A model generated the notes under the pieces. It did no database searches and was not told where the DNA came from. It was given only the letters and a program-made list of their open reading frames with translations. 64,000 bases of DNA from Candidatus Woesearchaeota archaeon (GTDB lineage: Archaea > Nanobdellota > Nanobdellia > Woesearchaeales > DSVV01): the NCBI GenBank assembly GCA_018657385.1, contig JABHXF010000034.1, positions 8,081-72,080 of the forward strand. The letters are read 5' to 3'. This document shows positions 1-9,986 of this stretch, piece after piece. Position 1 is the first letter of the stretch. Every line of letters begins with the position of its first letter. Made by a program: the position numbers and the translations under genes.

Positions 1-1757
1 CAATCTCATCAAAGAAGATAATTGTTGGAGATGTTTGTCTAGCTTTTTTAAAGATCTTTCTAACAGCTTTTTCACTTTCACCAACCCATTTACTTAACAT
101 CTCAGGACCTTTTACAAGAATGAAATTTGCTTGTGATTCATTAGCAACTGCTTTTGCCAACATTGTCTTACCAGTTCCAGGTGCACCATATAACAATATC
201 CCACGAGGAGGTCTTACACCCAATCTCTTAAAAGATTCCGGATATTTTAATGGCCATTCAACTGCTTCTTTTAATTCCTGTTTAACATTATCTAAACCAC
301 CAACATCATTCCATTTAACATTAGGAATTTCTACTAAAACTTCTCTCATTGCACTTGGTCTTACAACTTTAAGTGCTTCTTTGAAATCATCCCTTGTAAT
401 TTTTAGTTTCTCTAAAACTTCCTTAGGTATGGCTTCACCTTCATCTAATGCTTTTATGTCTGGAAGAATTCTCCTTAAAACATTCATAGCTGCTTCTTTT
501 GCTAATGATGATAAATCTGCACCTACAAATCCATGTGTAATGTTTGCTAAATCCTTAAGATTAACATCTTTAGTTAACGGCATGTTTCTTGTATGAATTT
601 TTAAAATATTTAATCTTGATACCTTACTAGGAACACCAATTTCTACTTCCCTATCAAATCTTCCAGGTCTTCTTAATGCTTCATCAAGATCATCAGGTCT
701 ATTTGTTGCTGCAATAACAACAACTCTGCCTCTTGATTGTAGACCATCCATATTTGCTAAAAGCTGTGCAACTACACGACGTTCAACTTCTCCCTGAACT
801 TCTTCCCTTTTAGGAGCAATTGCATCGATTTCATCAAAAAAGATAATAGATGGAGCATTTTTTTCAGCATCTTCAAACTTCTTTCTTAAGTTTTGTTCAG
901 ACTGTCCATAAAATTTACTCATAATTTCTGGACCATTGATTAAAATAAAATGACTATCTGTTTCATTAGCTACTGCTTTTGCTAGCAAAGTTTTTCCAGT
1001 ACCTGGAGGACCATGTAATAATACACCTTTTGGTGGTTCAACACCAAGTCTTTCAAATACCTCAGGAAATTTCAATGGCAATTCTACCATTTCCCTAATT
1101 TTTTTGATTTCCTCATCTAGTCCACCAATATCTTCATATGTTACTTCTAAAACTTTTTCCTCTTTTAATTCAACAGCTTCTGGATTAAAAACAACTTCTG
1201 TATGTTCTGTAATAATAACAGCACATTTTGGATCTGCTGAAGCAACTATAAATTTTAAATCACTAAAACCAAATCCTGGACTGCTTTCATCTAACATAGA
1301 AAAAATATCATTAAAAAATGGACTATCACTCATAGTTGTTCTTCTTCTTCTGGTTCCACCTAAACTAACTATATCGCCTTTAGTAACCGCCCTTCCTAAT
1401 AATCCTTGTTTAAATATATTTGGAGATGCTCTAACTACAACTCCTTTCTGTGCTGGTGCAATTGTAACTTTTTTTGCTTCTTTAACTTCTGCTTTGTTAA
1501 CCTCAACAGTTTCACCAATACCAGTTTTTGCATTTCTTCTAATAATACCATCCATCCTAATAATGTTTAAACCAATATCACCTGGGTAAGCCCTGTCAAC
1601 AATACCTACTGTTTCACGCTCACCTTTGATTAAAACAATATCTCCTGGCCTAACACCAATTTGATGCATAAAACTAGAATCAACTCTAACAATACCTTTA
1701 CTTACATCATCTTGAATTGCCTCAGCAACTTTTAGTTTAATGGATTTTCCAGTCACT
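1..1757 (-). CDS. CDC48/VCP-like AAA+ ATPase (two AAA domains); the C-terminus runs off the window start. GTG start at 1757 preceded by a GAGGT RBS.
   Basis: The reverse-strand translation gives the N-domain [26 protein letters not shown]...[16 protein letters not shown]. The D1 Walker A is [19 protein letters not shown] (about 961-1020) and the D2 Walker A is [17 protein letters not shown] (about 151-200). Plus-strand ORFs 120..596 and 1104..1589 are antisense artefacts. Confidence 0.9.
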
Positions 1758-1881
1758 TTAATTACCTCTTATTTGTTATTTAAATTATTTATTTAAACCA
1801 AACTATTCACTATATTTAATTATGGAAAGTTATAATAATTAAAATTATGTTTTGAATTTGTAATAAATGAAAAATAAAAAA

Positions 1882-2295
1882 TTATTTTGTTTCGACTTTA
1901 ACTTTTGGTAATGGAATTGGAGATGGTAAGTTAATATCTCTTGCTAAAATTAATGCTTGAATATTACACCGATCTAGAATTACATTTAATGTTTCAGTCA
2001 TTACATCTTTATGAACTTTCTTTTGATCTTTCCACATTTCAAAAATTTCTTTAATTCTTGATTTACTATCAATATAGATTAAATCACCAACTAATTCAAT
2101 AGTTCCAACTTCAGGTTCATAAGTAGAATTAAACTTGAAGATTACCTTTAAGCTTTCTTGTTCATCTTGACCAATTGAAAAGCTAGACTCTTCTACACCT
2201 TGAATTGATACATTATTTGAAACACTAATTTTACCTTTAGATGGTTTATTTCGTTCTACATTAAGTTTTTTAAAATTAAATCCGACAACAGTCAT
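1882..2295 (-). CDS. hypothetical conserved protein (137 aa)
   Basis: Intact ORF in the local codon style. No motif recognised. Confidence 0.4.
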   Translation of the reverse strand: MTVVGFNFKKLNVERNKPSKGKISVSNNVSIQGVEESSFSIGQDEQESLKVIFKFNSTYEPEVGTIELVGDLIYIDSKSRIKEIFEMWKDQKKVHKDVMTETLNVILDRCNIQALILARDINLPSPIPLPKVKVETK

Positions 2296-2820
2296 TTATA
2301 TCACCTTTTGTTAGGAGCTAAGATTTGTGGGCTTTGTCCTTAAAGCTTGTTTTTATTGCTCTTAAGTACATATTACTTATACCTAGTCCTTTTTACTTTA
2401 GATTCTGGAATAAACAAATATTTATAAAGGTTTTGGAACATATATTTATATCTAATAGTATAATAACAATAATATAACTATTGTAATAACTATAATTGCT
2501 TAGTATAATGAATTTAGTAAAGTAAGTTAATGAGTTTAATATGGTAAATTTAATATAATAAGTATAACATAATGAATGTAATATAATGATTAGAAACATT
2601 AAAGCTGGTATTAAATCAAAAATAGATAAATGGAATTTACTTAAACCTATTCAAAAAAGGTTTTGGAAGTGTTTTATTCTTATCAAAATAGTAGTTATAA
2701 TTGTTGTAATAGGATTAGGTATATTATTTGCAATTAAATTTAAACAAAATATAGGGTAGATTAAGTTTTGTAACCACTTTGATTAATGAATTAGATGATT
2801 AAAAAATAATATTCAAAAAA

Positions 2821-3336
2821 TTAACTTTTCTTAAATGAACTATTATGTTTTCCTAAAATAAACCAAACAAAATAAGGTAGAATAAAACATAACCCAAAAT
2901 AAAATACAACAGGATCAGGATTATAATTAAAAGTAATTGATTTTTTGATTATTTCAACTATTACATAAATAAATATAACATCTAATAAAGTTAATAAAGG
3001 AATTGTTAATAATGCAATTATATGATGTTGATGTTCTAAGTGTTCAATTTCTAAAATTAACCAATTGAAAACCATACCACAACCAAGCCCTGCAATTATT
3101 ACAACAATATAAATCCATGGTGTTGGGATTAATAACATCAAAGGTATTGTAAAAATAATAACAAGAAAATTTAATATTATTAAACCAAACATTAGATACC
3201 AAAACCCAGTAAAATGAAGTTTCTTTTTAATATGTGTATGATGTTCTTTGGGTTGATTAACTACATTAGAAGCATGCTTAATTTCATCCCATGTCCAACC
3301 CTTATTGAATAATCTCTTTTTTCTGTCTACATCCAT
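2821..3336 (-). CDS. hypothetical integral membrane protein (4-5 TM, His-rich loop)
   Basis: Hydrophobic helices are visible in the translation (LIILNFLVIIFTIPLMLLIP..., IVVIIAGLGCGMVF...). Confidence 0.45.
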   Translation of the reverse strand: MDVDRKKRLFNKGWTWDEIKHASNVVNQPKEHHTHIKKKLHFTGFWYLMFGLIILNFLVIIFTIPLMLLIPTPWIYIVVIIAGLGCGMVFNWLILEIEHLEHQHHIIALLTIPLLTLLDVIFIYVIVEIIKKSITFNYNPDPVVFYFGLCFILPYFVWFILGKHNSSFKKS

Positions 3337-3431
3337 TTTAAACCAACGACATAAATTACTTTGTTGAAGTTATTATATTTATAAAAATAATTCAAACAAA
3401 TTATAGAGATACTTCAAACAAATTTAGTAAA

Positions 3432-4193
3432 TTAATACAAGTGTGTAGTATCAATATCCTTAGAATCTAATGGAATATTACCTTTATATGTTTTTCCTAA
3501 AATGTCAGCTGCAATTTTTTTAAACTCTAAACTGCCATCTCTATCTGGAAAAGCAAAAACAAATGGATTTTTATAATATAATGATGTTAAAAAATGTTTA
3601 TCCTCTGGAATTGCACCTAATATCTTTGTTTCTAAAAATTGTTTAATATTGTCTAGGCTCATCTCATAATCTTGATCTGTTTTTTTATTAATAACAACAC
3701 CATATAATTTTCTTTTGATATCTTTAATCATGTGTAATGTTTTTAATGTATCAGTTACTGCAATTAAATCAGGAGTTGTTATAATAATTACTGCATCAAC
3801 TGCCAACATGATTTTAATAACTTCATCACCTAAACCAGGAGGGCAATCAACAATAACATGATCAGGACCTTTTAGATTGTAAAATAAAGATTGTAAATTT
3901 TCATATTCCATATTTTTAATATCTTCATAAGAAATACTCCCAGGAATTACTTCTAAACCAGACGAATGTGTATGAATTGCTTCAGTAATTGGATAACAAC
4001 TATTCATTGCTCCTTGTAAATTTTTAACTGCTGGTGGAACACCTAAGCTGGTCCCAACATTTGCACTTGTAAAGTCACAATCAACTAACAAGGTATTAGC
4101 ACCAAAATGATTAAGTGCTAAAGCTAAATTAATAGAAGATGTTGTTTTACCCACTCCACCCTTTGCTGATATCACAGCTATGAATTCAGTCAT
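3432..4193 (-). CDS. minD: MinD/ParA-family P-loop ATPase
   Basis: Deviant Walker A AVISAKGGVGKTTSSINLA. The length and layout are MinD/ParA-like. Confidence 0.85.
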   Translation of the reverse strand: MTEFIAVISAKGGVGKTTSSINLALALNHFGANTLLVDCDFTSANVGTSLGVPPAVKNLQGAMNSCYPITEAIHTHSSGLEVIPGSISYEDIKNMEYENLQSLFYNLKGPDHVIVDCPPGLGDEVIKIMLAVDAVIIITTPDLIAVTDTLKTLHMIKDIKRKLYGVVINKKTDQDYEMSLDNIKQFLETKILGAIPEDKHFLTSLYYKNPFVFAFPDRDGSLEFKKIAADILGKTYKGNIPLDSKDIDTTHLY

Positions 4194-4305
4194 TTTTTGT
4201 CACAATATTTAATTGTTTAACTAATTTGAATATATTATTTGAATAATATAAAGTTATGTTGTATTTACCACTACACATCTTTTTTATTTCACATATTAGA
4301 ATATT

Positions 4306-4776
4306 TTACTTTTTTGTTAAAAGTTCTAAAATTTTATTAGCTTTCCTATAATATTCAGTTACAACATCAATACTTACTTCAACATTTCCTTCATCTTCAG
4401 TATGTGCAATTAGTGCAACATGTCTCCTAAATTCATTAATTCTGTCATATTCAGCTCTGTTAATCTTTCTTAGAAGCAGATAAAAATCAATTAATTCATC
4501 ATATTTGCCAGGATCTAGTTCTTTTAATATTTTACATTTCTTAATAGGAGCAGGAGGCATTTCTGTGATTCTCTTAGTTTCTAATGCATCATGAAGAGCA
4601 CCATTAATAATACAATCAAATGAATTAATTAGCCTTGTAAGAATATTCTTTAGAACATCTACTGTTCTAGTGTATTTTAAACTTACGAAAATCAAGTGAT
4701 CTACTCTTTTAAGCTCTTCACTTGATTCACCTAAATAATCTCCTTCTTCATATTCTATCATTATAATCCCCAACAA
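4306..4776 (-). CDS. hypothetical protein, co-oriented upstream of the minD-like gene
   Basis: ORF only. Confidence 0.35.
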   Translation of the reverse strand: MLGIIMIEYEEGDYLGESSEELKRVDHLIFVSLKYTRTVDVLKNILTRLINSFDCIINGALHDALETKRITEMPPAPIKKCKILKELDPGKYDELIDFYLLLRKINRAEYDRINEFRRHVALIAHTEDEGNVEVSIDVVTEYYRKANKILELLTKK

Positions 4777-4777
4777 T

Positions 4778-5242
4778 CTATGTAATCATACTTTCAGCAT
4801 CTCTTATAAAAACCTTTGTTTTTTCTATGTATAATTTAAGCGAATCCTTACTCAAAACCTTTATTTTATAATCTGAAGAGCAGATTACATAGCTGCCTTT
4901 CCTTGCAAAGCTTACTGGTCCTTCTTTTTGCTCTTTTAAGGTTGAGTGCACATCCTGTATAAGTTCTATATAACTAGTATTTAAATTATACCTTCTAAAC
5001 GCTCTCATCTTGAATATGTTAAACATTTCACTAAAAGATTCCTGAAAAGGTGGAATCTTCTTGTAATATAATTCATAATACAATATAGCTGATATTGTAT
5101 TGTTTAAAGCGCTAAAAAGCTTTTTAAGTACTAATAAAAGCAATTTAGGATCATTTACTACATTATGAGTGATATTTAACATATGGTCTGCTATCTGCAA
5201 ACTCTTTTTTGCATTATCCAGCTTATCTAAATAATCAACCAT
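4778..5242 (-). CDS. hypothetical protein, co-oriented upstream of the minD-like gene
   Basis: ORF only. There is a 1-nt gap to the next ORF, which suggests an operon. Confidence 0.35.
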   Translation of the reverse strand: MVDYLDKLDNAKKSLQIADHMLNITHNVVNDPKLLLLVLKKLFSALNNTISAILYYELYYKKIPPFQESFSEMFNIFKMRAFRRYNLNTSYIELIQDVHSTLKEQKEGPVSFARKGSYVICSSDYKIKVLSKDSLKLYIEKTKVFIRDAESMIT

Positions 5243-5363
5243 ACATTATAGTATATATGTCAGCAGACTATTTAAAGTTTTTGCTATTTTCTATATTAGA
5301 GTGGTAAAAGAAGATTTTGGTGGGATATTATTAAAAATAACAACAATGGTCAGTCTAAGTTTT

Positions 5364-5450
5364 AAATCCAACAATATGGCTGGATGAGCCGAAGGCGAAT
5401 AGGATATTTGCTTGCAAATGTCCGTCCGTGCCTGTGTTGTTGTTGGATTT
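5364..5450. repeat. structured intergenic repeat element, copy A. It has an 11-bp terminal inverted repeat AAATCCAACAA / TTGTTGGATTT that encloses the GC-rich hairpin core GGATATTTGCTTGCAAATGTCC. A second shared motif AAAAAGAGCCTGCCGGCCTGTTAAAAA lies at about 5487-5515.
   Basis: The same about 45-nt core plus the flanking CCAACAA/TTGTTGG arms recur at 7480-7614. It is GC-rich against the AT-rich background. Confidence 0.6.
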
Positions 5451-5542
5451 GTTATTAAGATATTAAAAAGAGAGAAGAATCAGAACAAAAAAGAGCCTGC
5501 CGGCCTGTTAAAAATTAAAAAAAATAAGAAAAAAAGAAAAAA

Positions 5543-7348
5543 CTAATTGCATGCATAGTTGTTTGGGTTGTAACAAATCGCTCCCTCTGGACATGTTAGT
5601 TCATAAACAGTTGGATAACCAGAACTCCATTTAGTACCCCATGAATATTCAGTACATGAATGTTGTTTATACTTAGGATTCCCATTATACACATTAGAAC
5701 AAATATATATTATATCACCCTCTTCACAATCATCATGACAATTACCATTATCAACAGAACAAATTTTAGGCATACCTGTTGGGGAAGACATTTTTGAACA
5801 CTCAACAATACTATTCATTTCTTCACCAGTACATGAATTAACTGACATATTGACTTGATCTAAGATCCCATCACCTGTTGCATCAATACATTTTGGTTCA
5901 CTTGTAGAAAGAGGCTTACAACAACCCTTATTTTCATCACAATCAATAGGTTCAAAGTTATATTGACCATCATAAGAAACTAAAAAGTCACCACAATAGT
6001 CTTCAGTATCATAAGTACCACCATTACAATTCCAATCCCAAAGTGACCCATATGCTGTTCCTTTCCAAGCTAATGAATTCCACTTAGAAATACATTCACC
6101 AGGTCCTGTAGGACTGAACTTACCAGGTGTACACTCAAATCCATCTAATGGTTCATTTTCTCCTGCTCCACCACCTGGTTGATTTAATGCCACATGTTGA
6201 CCAGCAGCATCTATAAAGAAATGTTGTGGATCAGCAAGATTATCCCAAGTAATCTTTGAAGGACAATCTGGATTAACTTCAGGTAAACTTTGTGCCATAG
6301 GACAAATATAAAATTCACTTGGCATTTTGAATGTTTTTGTTGCAGTACCTGGAACTTCTTCAATAGCTAAAACTTTGATTTGTTCACCATCAACTTCAAC
6401 TTCAACTCCTGTTATTCCCTGATCATTATTAAACTCAACAACAACTTCTTCCTCAGGACTTAACTCAATTTCAACTTCAACTTGATTTCCTTCTTCTGTA
6501 ACTTCAATTTCAGCTTCTTCTTCTTCACCATTTTCATTAACTACAACAATATCATCTTCTGTTATTGCAGGAGCAGTACAGCCCTTACCAAAACCTTCAA
6601 CACATACCTCAGGTGAATTACATTTTCCCCAAACTCCTTTTGCAGAAAGTGCACCATTTACACAAGAATAAACTCTAGGAGAACCACTAGCTGAACATTG
6701 ATTATAATCTTCATCACAAGCAACTTTACAATTTGCTTCTCCTGGTTCACCAACACAACTTCTGCTTAATCCATTGTAAGGATTTTTTTGAGCAGCACAA
6801 TTAGATTTTCCACCACCTTGTGCTTTATATAAATCATTACTATCACAATAAGGATATTCTTGTACCTCATCACTACCCATATTGACACATGCATCATTTA
6901 AACATCGATAATCAGCACCAGGATTATTGATATTAAGTTCGGCACAATTCTTTTGCCATCTTCCCACCTTACCATTATTCCTACAGAAGTATTCAAACAA
7001 ATAAGTTTTCCCACTGCTAAATGTATAACACTTATCTAATCTTGATTTTCCTTTATATGTAATTTTTCCTTTAATAAGCAATTGCTTTGGATCTTTTGTA
7101 GAATCTGCATCTTCATCATGACATTTACCTACAGTAAATGCTTGCCCAGATAAATCACCCGCAGCTTCATCATTATCAAATGGAATGTCTTCTTCTAATG
7201 CAAATTCTTCATCAGTAAGAATTTCTGCATCATCTCCAGATTCATCTGTAACTAATTTAGTACAACCATCAAACATTACAACTAAACCAAATAAAATCAT
7301 TAATGTTACTAATACTACTAAATACATAGAATGCTTATGTTTAACCAT
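5543..7348 (-). CDS. secreted or lipid-anchored cysteine-rich protein (601 aa, about 60 Cys, with a central acidic E/V-rich repeat region)
   Basis: N-terminal signal/TM MYLVVLVTLMILFGLVVMFDGC. There are many paired Cys and Gly/Asn-rich modules. Local GC (about 38-40%) is above the window average. The gene is flanked on both sides by the repeat element. Confidence 0.6.
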   Translation of the reverse strand: MVKHKHSMYLVVLVTLMILFGLVVMFDGCTKLVTDESGDDAEILTDEEFALEEDIPFDNDEAAGDLSGQAFTVGKCHDEDADSTKDPKQLLIKGKITYKGKSRLDKCYTFSSGKTYLFEYFCRNNGKVGRWQKNCAELNINNPGADYRCLNDACVNMGSDEVQEYPYCDSNDLYKAQGGGKSNCAAQKNPYNGLSRSCVGEPGEANCKVACDEDYNQCSASGSPRVYSCVNGALSAKGVWGKCNSPEVCVEGFGKGCTAPAITEDDIVVVNENGEEEEAEIEVTEEGNQVEVEIELSPEEEVVVEFNNDQGITGVEVEVDGEQIKVLAIEEVPGTATKTFKMPSEFYICPMAQSLPEVNPDCPSKITWDNLADPQHFFIDAAGQHVALNQPGGGAGENEPLDGFECTPGKFSPTGPGECISKWNSLAWKGTAYGSLWDWNCNGGTYDTEDYCGDFLVSYDGQYNFEPIDCDENKGCCKPLSTSEPKCIDATGDGILDQVNMSVNSCTGEEMNSIVECSKMSSPTGMPKICSVDNGNCHDDCEEGDIIYICSNVYNGNPKYKQHSCTEYSWGTKWSSGYPTVYELTCPEGAICYNPNNYACN

Positions 7349-7479
7349 CTTATCACCTTTTTTATTTTAATAATTATAGATTATAGTTAATCTAATGTTA
7401 ATTCTTATATGTTATTATATATAAATGTTACCATGAATTTAAAAAAATAAAAGATACTAAAATATTCAAGGAGAAAATT

Positions 7480-7614
7480 AAATCCAACAACATGGCTGGA
7501 TGAGCCTAAAGTGAATTGGACATTGGAATAAGAAAAAACAACTTGGCCAGGCGAGGCGTTAGCCGAGTAGGATATTTGCTTGCAAATGTCCGTCTGTGCC
7601 AGGGTTGTTGTTTT
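7480..7614. repeat. structured intergenic repeat element, copy B. It has the same core as 5364-5450 with an about 50-nt internal insertion and a degraded right arm. The motif AAAAAGAGCCTGCCGGCCTGTTAAAAA recurs at about 7676-7705.
   Basis: Direct sequence identity of AAATCCAACAAYATGGCTGGATGAGCC and TAGGATATTTGCTTGCAAATGTCCGTCYGTGCC with copy A. Confidence 0.6.
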
Positions 7615-7713
7615 TTCATATGTATCATTTAACCTAAAAAATTAAAACCCTTATGATTAAATTAAAAATCACAGCAAAAAGAGCCTGCCGGCCTGTTAAA
7701 AAAAAACAAAGAA

Positions 7714-8145
7714 TTACTTATACTCTTCAACACTTTCAAACAAAGTCATTAAACCTTGTTTTAATGCAGAATGTTCTGTTATTTTACTATGAGTAAAAGG
7801 ATAAATTATCCATTTTTTCTCAGTTGAAGAATTTGGATTTACAAAATATATACATAACATTGGCAATTCTGAAAGTTTTTTCCAAGAATTAATAATAATA
7901 TCAAAATTAGGTTTAGTATTAAAAGTTACAATACAAATTTGTTTGTCTTTGTAATCATCTAATAATTTATCAACAACATCAAGATGAGGTAAGATTGCAA
8001 AATATTGTGTATTTTCCTTTTGTTCAACTATAAGAATACCATCTTTTTCCTTAATATCTACAATTTTTTTATAAAAAAGATCCTTATGCTTAAGAAAAAG
8101 TATAAGCCATTCTTTTAATTCATCAAAATTCTTATCTTTTGCCAA
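7714..8145 (-). CDS. hypothetical protein (143 aa)
   Basis: ORF only. The shared GAGCCTGCCGGCCTG motif lies immediately downstream. Confidence 0.35.
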   Translation of the reverse strand: MAKDKNFDELKEWLILFLKHKDLFYKKIVDIKEKDGILIVEQKENTQYFAILPHLDVVDKLLDDYKDKQICIVTFNTKPNFDIIINSWKKLSELPMLCIYFVNPNSSTEKKWIIYPFTHSKITEHSALKQGLMTLFESVEEYK

Positions 8146-8296
8146 AAAATCACCTTTTTAGAATAAAGGATATAACAGATTTAAATATTTTTTGAGAAGA
8201 GTAGTAATCTAATTTGTTTTTTATCAAAAAAATAGAACCACTAAAAATATAATCTTAACACAATATTTATAAATCTAAAACCATTAATCCTATAAT

Positions 8297-8881
8297 ATGG
8301 CAGATATTGGAACAATTAATGAAAGTTTGTTAACATCAACAGATAGGACTGCTTATTTATACTCTAAAGTACAACCAATATTTACAGAAATTGTTGTAGC
8401 TGTAATCATATTATTAATTGGTTTAATCATTGGTAAAATCCTTGGAAGAGTTGTTCAAAAGCTATTAAATAGCCTAGAATTAAACAAACTAATTAGAAAA
8501 TCCACTGGAATGAGAGTCAGGATAGAAGAGTTTTTTGCAAAAATCACTAGTTATTTTATATTCTTTATTGCTATAATTATGGCATTAGATGTACTTAATC
8601 TAACATCATCAATAATTTACATTGTATCAATTATGATAATTGCAATTATTGTAATATCAATTGCAATAAGTATTAAAGATTTTATTCCAAATATGATTGC
8701 AGGTCTTTACATCCATAAAAAAAATATGTTTAAAGAAGGCAAAAAAATTAAAATTGATGGATTAGAAGGAACAATTGAACAAATTAATTTGACTGAAATA
8801 AAATTAATTACAAAAAAAGGAGATATTGTATTTATCCCTAATTCTTTATTAACAAAAAAAGAAGTTGTTGTTAAAAAATAA
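8297..8881 (+). CDS. small MscS-like mechanosensitive channel family protein
   Basis: Three TM helices are followed by KIKIDGLEGTIEQINLTEIKLITKKGDIVFIPNSLL, which matches the MscS beta-domain signature (G..G.V..I.L..T.L.T.DG..V.IPNS). Confidence 0.55.
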   Translation: MADIGTINESLLTSTDRTAYLYSKVQPIFTEIVVAVIILLIGLIIGKILGRVVQKLLNSLELNKLIRKSTGMRVRIEEFFAKITSYFIFFIAIIMALDVLNLTSSIIYIVSIMIIAIIVISIAISIKDFIPNMIAGLYIHKKNMFKEGKKIKIDGLEGTIEQINLTEIKLITKKGDIVFIPNSLLTKKEVVVKK

Positions 8882-8887
8882 TTAAAA

Positions 8888-9012
8888 GTTTTGAGTAAGT
8901 AGTTCTTGGTCTTGAGTTGGTTAGTAGTAAGTAGTTATGTGTATCACCCCTTGTACTCAAAACTGATTTTCTCAGAACCCTCTCACAACTCATTACCCAA
9001 AACTCAGAACTA
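8888..9012. repeat. GT-rich/AC-rich imperfect palindromic element, divergent copy 1 of a 3-member family, between convergent genes
   Basis: GTTTTGAGTA (8888-8897) pairs with TACTCAAAAC (8954-8963). It shares the words GTTTTGAGT, GGGTAATGAGTTGTGAG and TGAGTTGGTT with the elements at 19345-19512 and 36961-37115. Confidence 0.5.
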
Positions 9013-9028
9013 AATAATTAAGAAAGTA

Positions 9029-9274
9029 TTAACAAGATTCTAAAGCACTAACGAGATTCCAAATTTGAGACCTTGTATAAGGTTCCATATTTGCATCATC
9101 ACCAATTTCTTCTAACTCATCTAAGGCTTTGTTAATCTTAATACTGATATCTTGTTTTTCTTGAAGAGCTTTCATAGCATTATCTATTCTAGCTTTAACA
9201 TTTCTTGGAACAACTTGATCATCTAAGAGTTCTTTCATTACATCAATGATGTTATTGATTTTTTCATCACTCAT
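9029..9274 (-). CDS. UPF0147-family small archaeal protein
   Basis: An 81 aa helical protein with ...VVPRNVKARIDNAMKAL..., at the 3' end of the rpl37ae operon. Confidence 0.45.
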   Translation of the reverse strand: MSDEKINNIIDVMKELLDDQVVPRNVKARIDNAMKALQEKQDISIKINKALDELEEIGDDANMEPYTRSQIWNLVSALESC

Positions 9275-9594
9275 TTTTTATCTGCCTTTTCCATTTCTTC
9301 CATTACTTCTTTTCTTAATGTTTCTGCAGTTTCCTTCATTGTTGTTTCTTGTTTTTCAAAAGTTTTGATTCTTAACTCTGTTCTTTCTTTCTTTTCTTTT
9401 AAATCTTTATTTAAATCTTCTTTAGAAACCTTAACCATAATATTTCCAACAATCTTATAAGCATCTTCTGTTTTTTCTAATTCTTCTAGTGCTGAATCAA
9501 TCTCAACAATTTGACCTTGAACTTGTTGTCTTTGAGAAAGAATTTGTTGTAAATTTTGTTCTATCATTTGTAATTTATTTATTTTTTCAGACAT
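9271..9594 (-). CDS. pfdB: prefoldin beta subunit
   Basis: A 107 aa coiled-coil protein with the central beta-hairpin region EDAYKIVGNIMVKVSKED. It overlaps the next gene by 4 nt. Confidence 0.85.
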   Translation of the reverse strand: MSEKINKLQMIEQNLQQILSQRQQVQGQIVEIDSALEELEKTEDAYKIVGNIMVKVSKEDLNKDLKEKKERTELRIKTFEKQETTMKETAETLRKEVMEEMEKADKK

Positions 9595-9606
9595 TTTTAC
9601 TCACCT

Positions 9607-9825
9607 TTAAGTTTTCTCATATACTGTAAAAAGTTTTGTAAGGTTATTCAAAGTAGCTCTTAAAGCAACAGAATCCTTTGCAATAATCTTAATTTTTAAT
9701 TTACCATCAAATTTTTGAATAGTAAATTCACTTCTATTTTTTTTGCTGTTAGATATCTCAGGCATCAAAGCTTTGTAAAGCTTTTCAACATCACCTTTAA
9801 TTACCAACTCGCCCTTGTAATCCAT
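9607..9825 (-). CDS. KEOPS Pcc1-like small protein (COG2892-like)
   Basis: A 72 aa protein. The position between rpoP and pfdB matches the conserved archaeal L37ae-RpoP-Pcc1-prefoldin arrangement. The sequence call itself is weak. Confidence 0.4.
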   Translation of the reverse strand: MDYKGELVIKGDVEKLYKALMPEISNSKKNRSEFTIQKFDGKLKIKIIAKDSVALRATLNNLTKLFTVYEKT

Positions 9826-9837
9826 TTTATTAAATAA

Positions 9838-9975
9838 TTATCTTGCCTTAACTTTTGTAATTGTAGTTCTTGGCTTAAATAACATTTTACTACCACAATA
9901 AGGACATCTAATTTTTTTACGATGATATTCTTCTGAAACTTTTTTGTTACATTCAAAACATTTGTATTCAACCAT
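9838..9975 (-). CDS. rpoP: DNA-directed RNA polymerase subunit P (Rpb12 homolog, 45 aa, CxxC...CxxC)
   Basis: The reverse translation is MVEYKCFECNKKVSEEYHRKKIRCPYCGSKMLFKPRTTITKVKAR. It falls below the ORF-track length cutoff. Confidence 0.8.
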   Translation of the reverse strand: MVEYKCFECNKKVSEEYHRKKIRCPYCGSKMLFKPRTTITKVKAR

Positions 9976-9986
9976 TGAAATGCCCC

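Noticed and set aside
120-1589. Plus-strand ORFs 120..596 and 1104..1589 from the six-frame track
   Set aside because: They lie antisense within the clearly recognisable CDC48 AAA+ ATPase gene on the minus strand. Their translations are low-complexity with no motifs.
2393-2599. A 68-aa ORF in the AT-rich spacer
   Set aside because: It is made of Ile/Tyr/Asn/Leu codons typical of random AT-rich sequence. There is no RBS and no conservation signal.
5364-5450. Testing the repeat element as a tRNA, a C/D-box sRNA or a CRISPR repeat
   Set aside because: It has no cloverleaf (no T-loop GTTCRAAT, no matching acceptor stem), no RUGAUGA/CUGA boxes (GGATGAG is one mismatch off and lacks a D box), and it is not a regularly spaced short direct repeat array. 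It is kept as an unassigned structured repeat.
7185-7370. A 61-aa plus-strand ORF overlapping the 5' end of the Cys-rich protein gene
   Set aside because: It is antisense to the strongly supported 601-aa minus-strand CDS.
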